Assembly: GCF_009914755.1 (NCBI RefSeq)
Contig: NC_060927.1
Reading direction: 5' to 3' (one strand)
Length of the DNA: 64,000 nt
Source: the human T2T-CHM13v2.0 reference genome, Homo sapiens
Positions 41,645 through 54,705 of this stretch are shown one piece after another. The first letter of the stretch is position 1. Each line of letters begins with the position of its first letter. The notes beneath the pieces are model-generated. The model did not search any database, was not told where the DNA came from, and saw nothing but the letters and a program-made list of their open reading frames with translations. Made by a program: the position numbers and the translations under genes.

Positions 41645-43381
41645 CACCTTAAGGCTCTACCATTTCTAGAGAGAATGGTGGTGCTTCTGATAAAGATGAA
41701 GGAGTTGTATCAAGTGGAAAGCGTTAGAATAGAGACCTACTGGTCTCATATGCTATGACATGAAAAGATTGTTCTTTAAGAGTTTCATGTACTGAAGCTG
41801 TGCTTTGGTTGACTATAAACTCTCAGCTTTCTGCTTCACGTTATAGAGTTTTAAAGTCATATGCACAGGAACAGAAAAAAATTTGTCATGGATTCTTTTT
41901 ATAGTTTATTGGGAAAAAAATCATTAAAAACCATTCAACCATTCATTCAGTATCTTTACAAGTCATACCTGTACCCTCAGTGGCTAAGTGGAGTCTCTTG
42001 ACTCAGAGCTATGCTTTTTCTTTTTTCCACTATATCCATTGGTGTATGTTCAGTATATCATCAATTTAACACTCTAGTCAGTCATTAAGCAAAATATATA
42101 GTGCATGCAAACTAGGAACTTAAAGTATACTTCATAAGTGTAGAGGACCCACAGATATAAAATACTTGCTATGTAACATATAAATTTATCAAGTTACATG
42201 AGAGCTAATCTGAACTGATTGCTCACGGAGGACTTTTGTGCTTTGACTTAGAGATGGAGCAGAGTTTTGCAAGCTGGAATATTCAAGAATGCTTCTCAAT
42301 GTGTTTTAATAAGCTGAGAATACACTAGGCACTAAATCAATGTTTAGCCAAATTTTAAACAGTGGAAAAATTTAGCAATGGGGAAGATGATTGAAAAGCA
42401 AAAATGAAAATCTTCTGCGTGCTATATGGTCTATGCTCAGACAGTGGATGAGTCTTAGGGCAGGCCTTTCCTAATTAAGTGTGTAAACAGAAAAGTGAGA
42501 GGCCAAAACAATGACAGGAAACAAAAGAAATGAACAATCCAAGATTTATTAATACTCCACTTTAAAGTGGAAGAAGTTACTATCATTGTTGTTATTTGGA
42601 TTTTCTATCTGAAAATAGAGCAAGTAAAAGTAGCGACTTTTAAGTGAAGAGTTTGTAATTCTAATTGTCTTTCTTGATACTTCAGATAATTTTTGGGTGG
42701 TTCACCTGAATGATATATTTTCATTACTCAAATTGGATTATATGTGAAATGCTCATAATTTTCACATTAATAATCATGTCAATAGTTTTAGTGAACAGCA
42801 TACATGAGGGGAAAAGTGAAATAATAGCAGAGGGTATTACATGGTCTGTGGTTTAAGAAACAACAATAAATTATTCATTACTTTTGACATTATTCTTCTT
42901 TGTCTTTATTCCAATATCACTTTATAATTCTATAACATGGTGTTTGTCTTTTTATTGGCAGAAGTGTGCAGTGTTTAAGTCACTTTATCTTCCTATTTTT
43001 AATCATTTTAGTTAAATTTTCAGAATGAAATGACTTCTTGACAGCGAGATCTCGTGATATTAATCAATGTCTTTATCTTCTGACTCATCCTTTGTTATTC
43101 ATTAGCTTCAAGGTTATATTTCAAATGCTTGCCCTAGATCCCAACTTCTAAGAGAAAATATTCAAATCCTTTCTACTTTTATCAAACACAGACAGCCTTA
43201 ATTTAAAATCTCTTTACTTGCTATCAGATTGTTTCATAATGCATTAAATAGTATCGTGGACATGGTCTTCTCTAATAACATTTGTTTGAAGAGTTGTCTC
43301 TTGTATCTTTCTCTGATAGTGTTATTATAAATATTGCCAAAGGATTTACAGAATGTTGAAGGATAATGTTAATATTCAGTC

Positions 43382-43510
43382 TTCATTCATTCATTCATTC
43401 ATCCATTCATTCACCACGCAAGTACTATGGTCAACCATATATCAGGAACTGAGCTTGGCACTAGGAGTTCAAAGATGTAAAATACATGTTGCCTGGCATC
43501 AGGGAGTTCG
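43382..43510 (-). mobile_element. L2 3' end with (TTCA)n tail
   Basis: ttcattcattcattcattcatccattcattca followed by an L2-like body. Confidence 0.6.
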
Positions 43511-43569
43511 ACATTTCATTTTGGCTGCAAACACAATGACAATTATAATGCACTTTGAAAGCTGCCTGC

Positions 43570-43705
43570 CTTTCTAGGATGGAATGTTCTGTATTTTGAT
43601 ATTGTTGTGAGCTATAACGATGTAGGCATTTACCAATAGTTACTGAACTGTGCACTTAAGACCCGTGTATTTCACTATATGTAAATCATATCTCAATTCA
43701 AAAAA
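43570..43705 (+). mobile_element. Old L1M 3' terminus
   Basis: aatgttctgtattttgat..ctgaactgtgcacttaaga..atttcactatatgtaaatcatatctcaat. Confidence 0.7.
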
Positions 43706-44042
43706 GGTAAGCAAAACAAGTAGTGGGAGACAGACTGTGAGCAGAGAAGTTTGGGAACAGTTTCTTGCCACAGCCGCATTTCCACTTCAAGAGAGCATGA
43801 TTCACATGCATATTAAAAGCTCTGATAATTGCTGCAGGCAGACTAGAATTAGCTTTGTTTAACTTAGTATTTACTAAATTTAACCATATAATTCCCCTTT
43901 GTCTTTTCACAGTTGCTCATACTACCATCCTGCAGAACCAGCATTCTTCAGAACACACTTAGGACAATGCCAAATTCAAAGATTTTTAAGAAACTTTTCT
44001 AGCATCTTCCATTTTGATATTATTAAGTACAAAATGTAGAAC

Positions 44043-44084
44043 TGAATAACTTTTCTGAATAACTTTGAATAACTCTGAATAACT
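44043..44084. repeat. Short tandem repeat, 4 x TGAATAACT
   Basis: Copies start at 44043, 44056, 44066 and 44076. Confidence 0.9.
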
Positions 44085-44225
44085 TTTCCAAAGTGTCTCT
44101 GCCACATTTCTAGACAAAGACTTTCGTGTGCCTTCCTCTAAGCTCCCTCTATAAGCATTTTCTAAATACCATAAGAGTAACAATCTCCTATTGGAATCAT
44201 CATCACATTGCATTGAAATCATTTC

Positions 44226-44412
44226 CAAGGGTTGAGAAAATATGTTCTGAGAGTCAAATCTAGCCAAAGTATATTTTGGTATAGTGGTTTTTAAATTTTT
44301 AAATGGTTAAAAGGAAACAAACAAAGAAGAATATGCAACAGAGACTACAGGTGTCCCCCAAAGCCTAAACTATGTACCATCTGGCCATTTAGAGAAAGTA
44401 TACTGACCCCTG
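44226..44412 (+). mobile_element. MER58C-like hAT MITE, inside an L2 fragment (~44140-44525)
   Basis: ggtttttaaatttt..aagaagaatatgcaacagagac..aaagcctaaa..atctggcc..gacccctg. Confidence 0.75.
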
Positions 44413-45141
44413 ATTTATGGGACTCTGTCTCTACAGATTTTAGCTTTTTGAGAGAGATACTGTGACTTAACACTATGACCAGGGCCTGACAGACGCAGTG
44501 CTTCAAACACAGTTGTGTATGATAAATATTTTTGAAGGAAAAAAAATTAAAAATTGCTTGCTGTAACTCCAGGGATTTGGGGTCATTGTTACAGCTGTGA
44601 CATTTTGAATATGTTACATTTTATTTATTTGTTGCACTTAATGTATAGATATTACAGACAGAGATATTAGTAGGTTTTTTTTAGGTCTGGGTTTCAAGAG
44701 ACTTCAGAGTTTACAGATAGAAAGCTGTGAGTCATTAACATAGGCTTAAGCAAGCCCTGAAAGTGACTGAGATCATTCTGGAAGAATGCATTTAGTGATG
44801 AGAAGAGGGTTGATGATGATACAATGCCAAAAAAAAAAAAAAAAAAGATGAAATGGAAATTCTTTTCCTTCATGCTCTAGGATACTATAATTTTGTGGAG
44901 TGAAGTAAAGTAAATATAATTGACGAAGTTAGGCAACTCTCCCCACACTGGCGCTCTTAAAACTAAAGTCAAGAAAATGAGAAATTTGAGGAAGTTGGAG
45001 TTATTTCCCTGTTATGACAACAATCTTGCAGACTGATCTGTAACACTGCTTGATGATTAACTTCAATACATGCAAACTTTACAAAATATATTAAAATATG
45101 AACATTTAAAATTTGAACTCATTTAAGAAAAACAAACACTG

Positions 45142-45513
<372 letters not shown>

Positions 45514-45891
45514 TCACGTAACACTTGGAGTATGTATTTGCATTATCAGTAATATGCAATCATTAACTATAGAAATTGATGCTATTCTTAGAGGATGCCA
45601 AATGTATTAAGAGGTATATAATCCATTTGTTCGTGCACCTATGACAAGATATGTCACATTACTTAAAGACAAAAGACAGAGGTCCTTAAATCTTGTATTT
45701 CTTTATTTTTCATATGCCCAGAAGTAAATCTTATGATATAAAAGCAATCAATAGAATCTATGTTTATTCTTCTTTTAAAAAAGGCAGGATTTTTTATTTA
45801 CCAGGATTATGAAAATGCAGTAGATGGAGAAAACACCTAAAAAAAGAGACATAAATATGTACAAAATAAGAAGCCAAGAATGTATGTCTTC

Positions 45892-48195
45892 AAAAGATCC
45901 TCAGAGATGATTGTGAATACCTCTACACTCACAAACTAGAAAATCTATAGAAAATAGATAAATTCCTGGAAACACAATCTCCCAAGATTGAATCAGCAAG
46001 AATTTGAAACCCTGAACAGACCAGCAAGTTTTGAAACTGAATCAGTAATGAAAAAAAAAAAAAGACCCTACCAACCAAAAGATGCCCTAGAACAGATAGA
46101 TTCACAGCCAAATTCTACAAGACATACGAAGAAGAGATGGTGCCAATCCTACTGAAACTATTTCAAAAAATTGAGGAGGAAGCACTTCTTCCTAACTCAT
46201 GTTATGAAGGCACCATCACCATGATAACAAAACCTGCCAAAGACACAACGAGAAAAGAAAATGACAGGTCAATATTCCTGATGAACCAAGGGGGTGAAAG
46301 ATCTCTACAAGGAGGAATACAAAACACTGCTAAAAGAAATCATAGATAACATGACAAATGGAAAAATAGTCCATGCTCATGAACTGGAAGAATCAATATA
46401 TTTAAAATGGCCATACTGCCCAAAGCAATCTACAGATTCACTGCTATTCCTATCAAGCTACCAACACCATTTTTCACAGAATTAGAAAAAAAACTTTTAT
46501 AAAAATCATGTAGAACTAAAAAAGAGCCGTAACAGAAAAAGCAATCATAAGCAAAAAAGAATAAAGCTAGAGGCATCACATTGCCCAAATTCAAACTATA
46601 CTATAAAGCTACAACAACCAAAATTTCATGGTACTGGTACAAAAGCAGATACATATACCAATGGAACAGAATAGACAACCCAGAAATAGAGTCACACACG
46701 TATAGCCATCTGATCTTTGACAAAGTCAACAAAAATAAGCAATGAGGAAAGGACTCCTATTCAATAAATTGTGTTGAGAAGGCTAGCTAGTCATAGGCAG
46801 AAGAATAAAACTGGACCCCTTCCTTTTACCACACATGAAAGTTATCTCAAGAAGAACTAAAGATTTAAATGTAAGACCTCAAACCATAAGAATCCGAGAA
46901 GAAAACCTAGGAAACACCATCCAGGACATCTGCTGTGGGAAGGAATTTATGGCTAAGTCTTCAAAAACAATTACAGGAAGAACAAAAATTGACAAGTGAG
47001 ACCCAATTAAACAAAAGGGCTTCCACACAGCAAAAGAAATAATCAATAAATAGACAACCTACAGAATGGGAGAAAATATTCACAAGCTACACATCTGACC
47101 AAGGTCTAATATGGAATCTATAGGGAACTTCAATAGCTGAACAAACAAAAAACAAATTGCCCTGTTTGAAAAATGGGCAAAAGACATGAACATACACTTC
47201 TCAAAAGAGGACATACAAGTGGCCAACAAACATGAAAAAATGCTTCACATTTTTTTTATTATACTTTAAGTTTTAGGGTACATGTGCACAACGTGCAGGT
47301 TTGTTACATATGTACACATGTGCCATGTTGGTGTGCTGCACCCATTAACTCGTGATTTACATTAGGTATATCTCCTAATGCTATCCCTCCCCCATCCCCC
47401 CACCCCACAACAGGCCCTGGTGTGTGATGTTCCCCTTCCTGTGTCCAAGTGTTCTCATTGTTCAATTCTGCTCCACATTATTAATCATCAGAGAAATGCA
47501 AATCAAAACCACAATGAGATACCATCTCACACTACTAAGAATGGCCATTATGAAAAAGTCAAAAAACAACGCATGCTGGAGAGGCTGGAAAGAAAAGTGA
47601 ATGTTTATACACTGTTGATAGAAATGTAAATTAGTTCAGCCACTGGGGAAAGCAGTTTGGAGATTTCCCACCAAACTTAAAACAGAACTACTATTTGACC
47701 AGCAATCCCATTACTGCATATAGAATCAAAAGAAAACAAATCATTCTATCAAAAACACACATGCACTTGCATGTTCCTCATGGCACTATTTACAATACCA
47801 AAGATATGGAATCAACCTAGGTGTTTATCAGTGGTGGACTGGATAAAAATATGTGATACATACACAACATGGAATACTATGCAGCCATAAAAAAGAACAA
47901 AATTATGTTCTTTGCAGCAACATGGATGCAGTTGGAGTCCATTATCATAAGGAAGTTAATGCAGGAACAGAAAACCAAATACCATAAGTTCTCACCTGTA
48001 AGTGGAAGCATTGGGTATTCATGGACATAAACTGGGGACTACTAGAAGGGGGAGGGAGGGGAGGAAATGGTTAATAAACTAACTCTTGAGTTAACCTCAG
48101 TATCACATAATGTGCCCATGTAAAAAACCTGCACGTGTACCTCCTGAATTTAAAATAAAAGTTGAAACGAAAATCCTGGAATAAAATAAAGTAAA
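45892..48195 (+). mobile_element. L1PA15/16-like, 5'-truncated, RT core deleted
   Basis: ORF2 peptides [15 protein letters not shown] and [15 protein letters not shown]; 3'UTR ggggactactaga..aacctcagtatcac..aaaataaaagttgaa. Confidence 0.9.
47252..47468 (-). mobile_element. L1PA4/5 3'-end insertion within the older L1
   Basis: ttattatactttaagttttagggtacatgtgcacaacgtgcagg..; TSD tgct(t/c)cacatt at 47241-47251 and 47469-47479. Confidence 0.9.
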
Positions 48196-50320
48196 ATGTG
48201 AATGCTGAAAAGTTAAAACAATATATTTCTGCCTCAAAATTACCAAAATTATCCTCTTATTTGTGATAAAAGCCAGAGCACATAATCAATGAGATAATAA
48301 AATAGCTCAATCAACTACAGAAATAAACAATTTATGCATTAAAAAAGTAAGTAGTAACTTCTGCTTCCTGGAAAATGGAACAGATGTATATTTCCCTATT
48401 TCTACCACTAAATTCTGAAAACCCTGGACATTATATATAATACAAACATAAAAACACTCTTAAAGGTGAAGAGAAGAAGGCAAATTCACAAGGTATTGTA
48501 AAATCCAAGGAATAATACAGTAGTTAGCTTCCTGAGTTTTTTTTGTCATTTCTCCCAGACTTAAGGCTGAAAAAGCCAGCTCCCAAACACGTCAAAGAGT
48601 GCAGATGAAAAAAGCCCTAACAAAATCCTGCCCTCTTTAGTCAAGGGACAGAGGAGGGGCAACCTAGTGTCACAGAAAACTTTTAGACAGTAACTGCTCA
48701 ACCCCAGTGAAACACCCCCAAAAAATTGTGGCCCCAACACCATCCATGCCACAAAAGGCTGTATATGGATCCTAGGTTTCAACCTCTCTAATCTATAACA
48801 AGCAATCCTTGTCTCCTGTACCCTTTACCCTTCAAGATAGTGTCAGAGAAAGCCAAATGGGGAGCTGGGACATTCATCTCTATCCAGGGAGTAATAAGGC
48901 CCTACCTCCATAGTGTTAGTGGAGACAAGTGGGGGCAGTAATAAGAAACTCATTGCTCTCAGCCAAGGTGTTCTGTAGAGAGGCATAGTAAGGAGCCAGA
49001 ACTCCCCCTCCCACACAAAATTAAAAAGGAGTCTCTCCTTACTTAGGTGGTCAACTGAGGCCCACTGGGAAACCTGGACTTCTACCCTACCTGGCAGTAA
49101 GAAAGTGGTGCCCTCCTTCTCCTGCTACAGTAGTGTCAGAGGAAGCCAGCTAATTCTAACAAGACATATACAGGACTTGACTACTAAAACTAAAAACTGC
49201 AAAACAATGATAAAAAAAGAGAAAAATAAATGGAGGTACATACCATGTTCATGGTTTGGAAGAACACAGTAAGGATGCCAATTCTGCCAAAATTGATATA
49301 TAGATTTAATCCAATTGCTAAGAAAATCTTAGCAAGACTTTTATAGGTATACATACAATTATTTTGAAATATATATGGAAGGCAAAGTAGGTAGAATAGC
49401 TAAAATAATTTTGAAAAAGAAAAAGTGGGAGGAACAGGTTTACTCAATTTCAAGACTTTCTATATAGCTATGACAACCAAGGTTGTTTGGTATTGGCAGA
49501 AGGATGGCCACACAGATCAATGAAGCTGAATCCAGAGATAGACCCACACAAACATGCCTAACCAATTTTTAACAAAGATGCAAAATTCATTGAAGAACAA
49601 TTGCTGAAACAAATAGGCAGGTATACACAAAAACATGTTTAGCTTCAATATAAATCTAACACCTTATACAAAAATTAGCTCAAAATGAAACATGGATTTA
49701 AACGCATAATTCAAAATTACACAACTTTTATAAAAATAGAAAACAATGGAGAAAAGTTTATACATCTAGAACTAGTCAGAGTTCTTGGGACTTGACCCAA
49801 AAAGGATAATCCATAAAAGGAAAAAAAAGATAAATTGGACTTCATCAAACCTACAAGTAGTTACTTTCCGAAAGGCCTGTGAAGATGTTGAGGGGATAAC
49901 CTACAGACTCTGAGAAAATATTTACAAACCAGATGTCCAAAAATGATTAGTATCTAGAATATATAGTCCAATGAACTTTCAAAACTTGACAGTAAAAAAA
50001 AACCAAGCAATCCAATTAGAAATAGGCAAAAGACCAAAAAACACCTTGCCAAAATGATATACAGATGACAAATACACAAATGAAAAGGCATTTAGCATCA
50101 TTAGTCATCTGAGAAACACAAATTAATACCACACTGAGCTATTACTATGTAACTATCAGAATGGCTAAGTAAAAAAATAGTGATAACAACAAATATTAGT
50201 AAAGATGCAGAAAATCTGGATCACTTATACGTGGATAGTCGGAATGTAAAATAATATAGCCACTCTGAAAACTTTTGGAAATTTTTAATTGAACTAAACA
50301 TGCAATTAATGTAAAACCCT

Positions 50321-51553
50321 TGATGCAGTTTGGATATTTGCCCTCTCCAATTTTTTTTTTTATACTTTAAGTTCTGGAGTACATGTGCAGATTTTGCAGG
50401 TTTGTTACATAGGTATATATGTGCCACAGTGGTTTGCTGCTCCCATAAACCTGTCATCTTCATTAGGTATTTCTCCTAATGCTATCCCTCCCCTAGTCCC
50501 TCATCCCTGACAGGACCCAGTGTGTGATGCTCCCCTCCCTGTGTCCATGTGTTCTCATTGTTCAACTCCCACTTATGAGTGAGAACATGCAGTGTTTGGT
50601 TTTCTGTTCTTGTGTTTAGTTTCCTGAGAATGATGGTTTCCAGCTTAATCCATGTCCCTGCAAAGGACACGAACTCATCCTTTTTTATGGCTGCATAGTA
50701 TTCCATGGTGTATATGTGCCACATTTTCTTTATCCAGTCTATCATTGATGGCCATTTGGGTTGGTTCCAAGTCTTTGCTATTGTGAACAGTGCTGCAATA
50801 AACACACGTGTGCATGTGTCTTTATAGATTGCTTCCTTACACCTTATACAAAAATTAACTCAAGATGGATTAAAGACTTAAATGTAAGACCTAAAACCAT
50901 AAAAACCTCAGAAGAAAACCTAGGCAATACCATTCAGGGCATAGGCATGGGCAAAGACTTCATGACTAAAACACCAAAAGCAATGGCAACAAAAACCAAA
51001 ATAGACAAATGGGATCTAATTAAACTAAAGAACTTCTGCACAGCAAAAGAAAATTTCATCAGAGTGAAAAGGCAATCTACAGAATGGGAGAAAATTTTTG
51101 CAGTCTATCCCTCTGACAAAGGGCTAATATCCAGAATCTACAAAGAACTGTCCTCTCCAAATTTTATGTTGAAATTTGATCTCCAATATTGAAGGTAGGG
51201 TCTAGTGGGAGGTGTTTGGGTAATGAGGACAGATCACTCCTGAATGGCTTAGTGTCATCTTTGCAGTAATGAGGGAGTTCTCCCTCTATTAGGTCCCATG
51301 ATAGCTTATTGTTTAAGAATCTGACACCTCCCTCCCCTCTGTCTCCTTTCACTGTCTTGCCCTGTAATGCCTGTTTCCTTTCTCCTTTAGCCATGGATAG
51401 AAGCTCCCTGAAGTCCTCACCAGAAGCAAGTGTTGGTACCATGCTTCTTGTATAGCTTGCAGAACCATGAGCCAAATAAATCTCTTTTTTTTTAATATAT
51501 AAATTACCCAGCCTCAGGTATTCCTTTATAACAAGGCAAAATGGACTAAGAAA
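50321..51553 (+). mobile_element. MSTB-like MaLR solo LTR split by an L1 (50321-50350 and 51149-51553)
   Basis: tgatgcagtttggatatttgccctctccaa | attttatgttgaaatttgatctccaat..cagaaccatgagccaaataaa..ggactaaga. Confidence 0.9.
50351..51148 (-). mobile_element. L1PA6/7 insertion with 5' inversion (twin priming)
   Basis: Minus-strand 3' part 50351-50827 ([17 protein letters not shown]), plus-strand ORF2 part 50832-51148 ([22 protein letters not shown]); TSD tg(c/t)cctctccaa at 50339-50350 and 51149-51160. Confidence 0.92.
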
Positions 51554-52152
51554 ATCGTGCATTGCAATTCTGATTATTTATTTTGGAGAAATGGAAAGTT
51601 AGGTTCACATAAAAATCTGTGTGCAACAGTTCTTGGCAGCTTTATTTATAATAAGTGAAAACAACTCGTATGTTCTTCAACTGGTAAATGATTAAATAAA
51701 TGATAGCATATTCACATCATGGAACAATACTCAGTATTAAAACGAAACAAAAAGAGATTGCTGGGCTGAATTTTTAAAGTTGAACTATATCCTCTCATAG
51801 AAGACAAACTTTAGATTTAAAAACACAAATATGTTTAAAATAAGTTTAAGCAAAGGTTTGCTATGCACAATGTAAACATAATAGAGCTAGAGTGAATATT
51901 CTGATATCAGACAAAATAGACTTCAAGACAAAAATGTTACTAGAGACAGTGATGTTTATAATAAACTAGGGGACATTTTATTAGGGAGCTACACATTTAC
52001 AAACACATATTCATCTAACAATAGAGCTCCAAAGAATTCAAGGTACAAATGAGCGATTCAATGACAATAGTTGCAGACATCAATATACCACTCTCGATAA
52101 CAGCACAACTAGACAGAAAATCAGTAAGGAGATAGAATACTGAAATCACATT

Positions 52153-52415
52153 GGCTAGACATGGTGGCTTGTGCCTGAAATCCCAATATTTTGGGAGGCT
52201 GAGGCAGGAAGTTCACTTGAGCACAGGAGATCAAGACCACCCCAGGCAACAGAGCAAGACTCGATAAATATTAAAAATAAAAAAGTTAGCCGGGTGTGGT
52301 GGTGTGTGCCTGTACTCCCAGCTAGTGGGGAAGCTAAGATGAGGCCAGGTGTTCACAGTTGTAGTGTGCTATCTTCACATTACTGCACTACAGCCTAGGT
52401 GAGAAGTAAGAGCAT
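52153..52415 (+). mobile_element. AluJ (Jo-like), diverged
   Basis: cacttgagcacaggag..ggcaacagagcaagac; TSD aatcacatt at 52144-52152 and 52667-52675. Confidence 0.85.
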
Positions 52416-52666
52416 AGGAAGGAAAGAAGGATGGACGGACGGACAGACGGAAGGAAGAAAGGAAGGAAGAAGGAAGGAAGGAAGGAAGAGAGGAAGGAAG
52501 GAAGGAGGGAGGAAGGAAGGTAGGAGGGAGGAAGGAAGGAAGGAGGGAGGGAGGGAGGGACGAAGGAAGGAAGGAAAGGAAAGGAAAGCAAAGGAAGAAA
52601 GATGAAAAGAAGGAAAGAAGAAAGGGATGCAGGGAGGGAGAGAGGGAAAGAGGGAGAGAGCGAAGG
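52416..52666. repeat. GA-rich (GGAA/GGGA/GGAC)n tract derived from the AluJ tail
   Basis: ~250 bp, almost all purine, lying inside the Alu TSDs. Confidence 0.9.
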
Positions 52667-54705
52667 AATCACATTATCACCAACTGGACTTAAATGACAT
52701 CTATAGAACTCTCCACTGAGCAACCGCAGAATGTACATATTTTGCAGTTGCATGTGGAACATATTTCATAGTTTGTTATTTGAAAAGGTTAAAAAATAAT
52801 AAGGCTTTAGCTATGTTAAAAAGGAAAATAGTGGGGAGATAGATTACCAAATTGAGGAATCAGAGGGGGACAGCAACACAAACTTCACAGAAATTTTAAA
52901 ATAAAGAAACGTTATAACAGTATTATGCCAACACCTAGACATTTAGATAAAATGGACATATTCATAGTAAGACATAAATTTCTGAAAGTAACCCAAGAAG
53001 TAATAAGCAATCTGAATAAATCTATAACAACTAAGTTGATTTACTAATTAAAATTATTCACAGAGAAACACAGCCCCAGAGAGTTTTACCGTGAATTCTG
53101 TCAAACAATTTAAAAGGAAATAATACCAATCCTATGCAAACTCTTCAAGGAAACAGAGAAGGTGAGAACATTTAACAACTCATTTTAAGAGGCTACAATT
53201 TCCACAATGCTAAGGCCAAACAAATGTATCAGTAGAAAAGAAAGCTATAATTCAATATCTCTCATAAATATAGATGCAAGATCCCCAACAAAATGCTATC
53301 AAACCAATCCAACAACATATAAATAGGATTATATATCATAGCCAAATTGGATATAGTGTTGGAATGCAAGGTTGGATTATACCCAGAAATAAACTAATAT
53401 AATATACCATATCAATAAAATAAAGAACGAAAACCACATGATTCTTTAGATGCAGCATTTGACAAAATATTATACTCATTTATCATAAAACTCTCAACAA
53501 ACTAGGGATTAAAAAAAGAACTTTCTCAAACTAATAAAGGGCATCTATAAAAAACCTATTGCCAATATTGCACATAATAATAAAAATTGAATACTCTCAC
53601 TCAAAGACTGGGAGCAAGGCATAGACAGCTGATCTTGCCAATTTTTATTTATTATTTACTGGAGATTCAAGCTGGTGCAATTAGGCCCAAAAAAGTGTTT
53701 GGATTATAAAGCAAAAAGTAAAATTGTTTGTATTTGTTGAAGAAATAATTATTTATGTAGAACATTCTAAAGAACCCACAAAAATGCTACTAGAAATAAT
53801 AAACAAGTTCAGCAAGGAAGCAAGATAAATGATCAACATATAAAAAATCAATTGTATTTTTATATATTAGAAAGAAACATCTAAAAATAAAATTAAGAAA
53901 ACAATTCCAGTCACAGCAGCATCAAAGGAGTAGAACACTGAGGAATAACTTTAACAAAAGAGGGGCAATATTTTTGTACTGAAAACTACAAATAATACTG
54001 TAAGAAATTAAAGATCTAAATAAATAGGGAGACATTCTGCGTTCACCATTTTGAAGGCTTAATTTATTAAGATGGCAATACTATCCCAAATTGATCTATA
54101 GATTTAATACATCCTTTATCAAAATCTCAGCTGGATTTCCGTAGAAATTGCCAAGCTTATCCTAAAATTCATATGGGAATACAAGGGACCCAGAATAGAC
54201 AAAACAATATTGGTAACGAAGAATAAAGTACTCACACTTCTCAATTTCAAAACTTGCTACAAAGCTACAATAATCAAGACAAGTGGTACTAATATAAGGG
54301 CATATGTGCAGATCAGTGGAATGGAATTTGAGAGTCCAAAAATAAACCCATACTTTATGACAATTAGTTTTCAACAGGAATGCCAAGAAAGTTAAAGGGG
54401 TGAAAGAACAGTCTTTTCAGCAAATGATGCTTGAACTATAGGGTATCTACATGCAAAAGTAAAGTTGAACACTTTTTTTATACTGTACAAAAAAAAAAAA
54501 CTAGAAACGGATCATAGATTTAAACATAACAACCAAATCTAAAAAACCTTTGGAAGAATATATAAAAGAACTTATCATCTTAATTAGGCAATTGCTACTC
54601 AGCTAAGACACCAAAAACACAAGCAACAAAATAAAGAAATAGATACTCTGGACTTCACTCTAATTTCAAAAATTTGGGCTTCAAAGGAAGCCGTCAAGAA
54701 AGTGA

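Larger units (their letters stand above)
48355..51760 (+). mobile_element. Old L1M (L1MC/MD-like): 5' region (~48355-49160) joined to ORF2 3' half, interrupted by MSTB
   Basis: 5'-end-like aaaccctggacattatatat..; ORF2 ataaatggaggtacataccatgttcatgg..; resumes at 51554. Confidence 0.65.
51760..54705 (+). mobile_element. Old L1M (L1MB-like) ORF2 from endonuclease through RT, degenerate, interrupted by AluJ
   Basis: tatcagacaaaatagacttcaagac, caatatctctcataaatatagatgcaa, aaaaccacatgatt; the FADD motif position reads FVEE at ~53733-53744. Confidence 0.8.

Noticed and set aside
50761-51192. Longest ORF (143 aa) as a novel gene
   Set aside because: It is a chimera of antisense L1, sense L1 ORF2 and MSTB created by the inversion.
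52388-52762. Ser/Pro/Leu/Phe-rich 124-aa ORF and the opposite-strand Arg/Glu/Gly-rich ORF
   Set aside because: Translations of the GGAA low-complexity tract.
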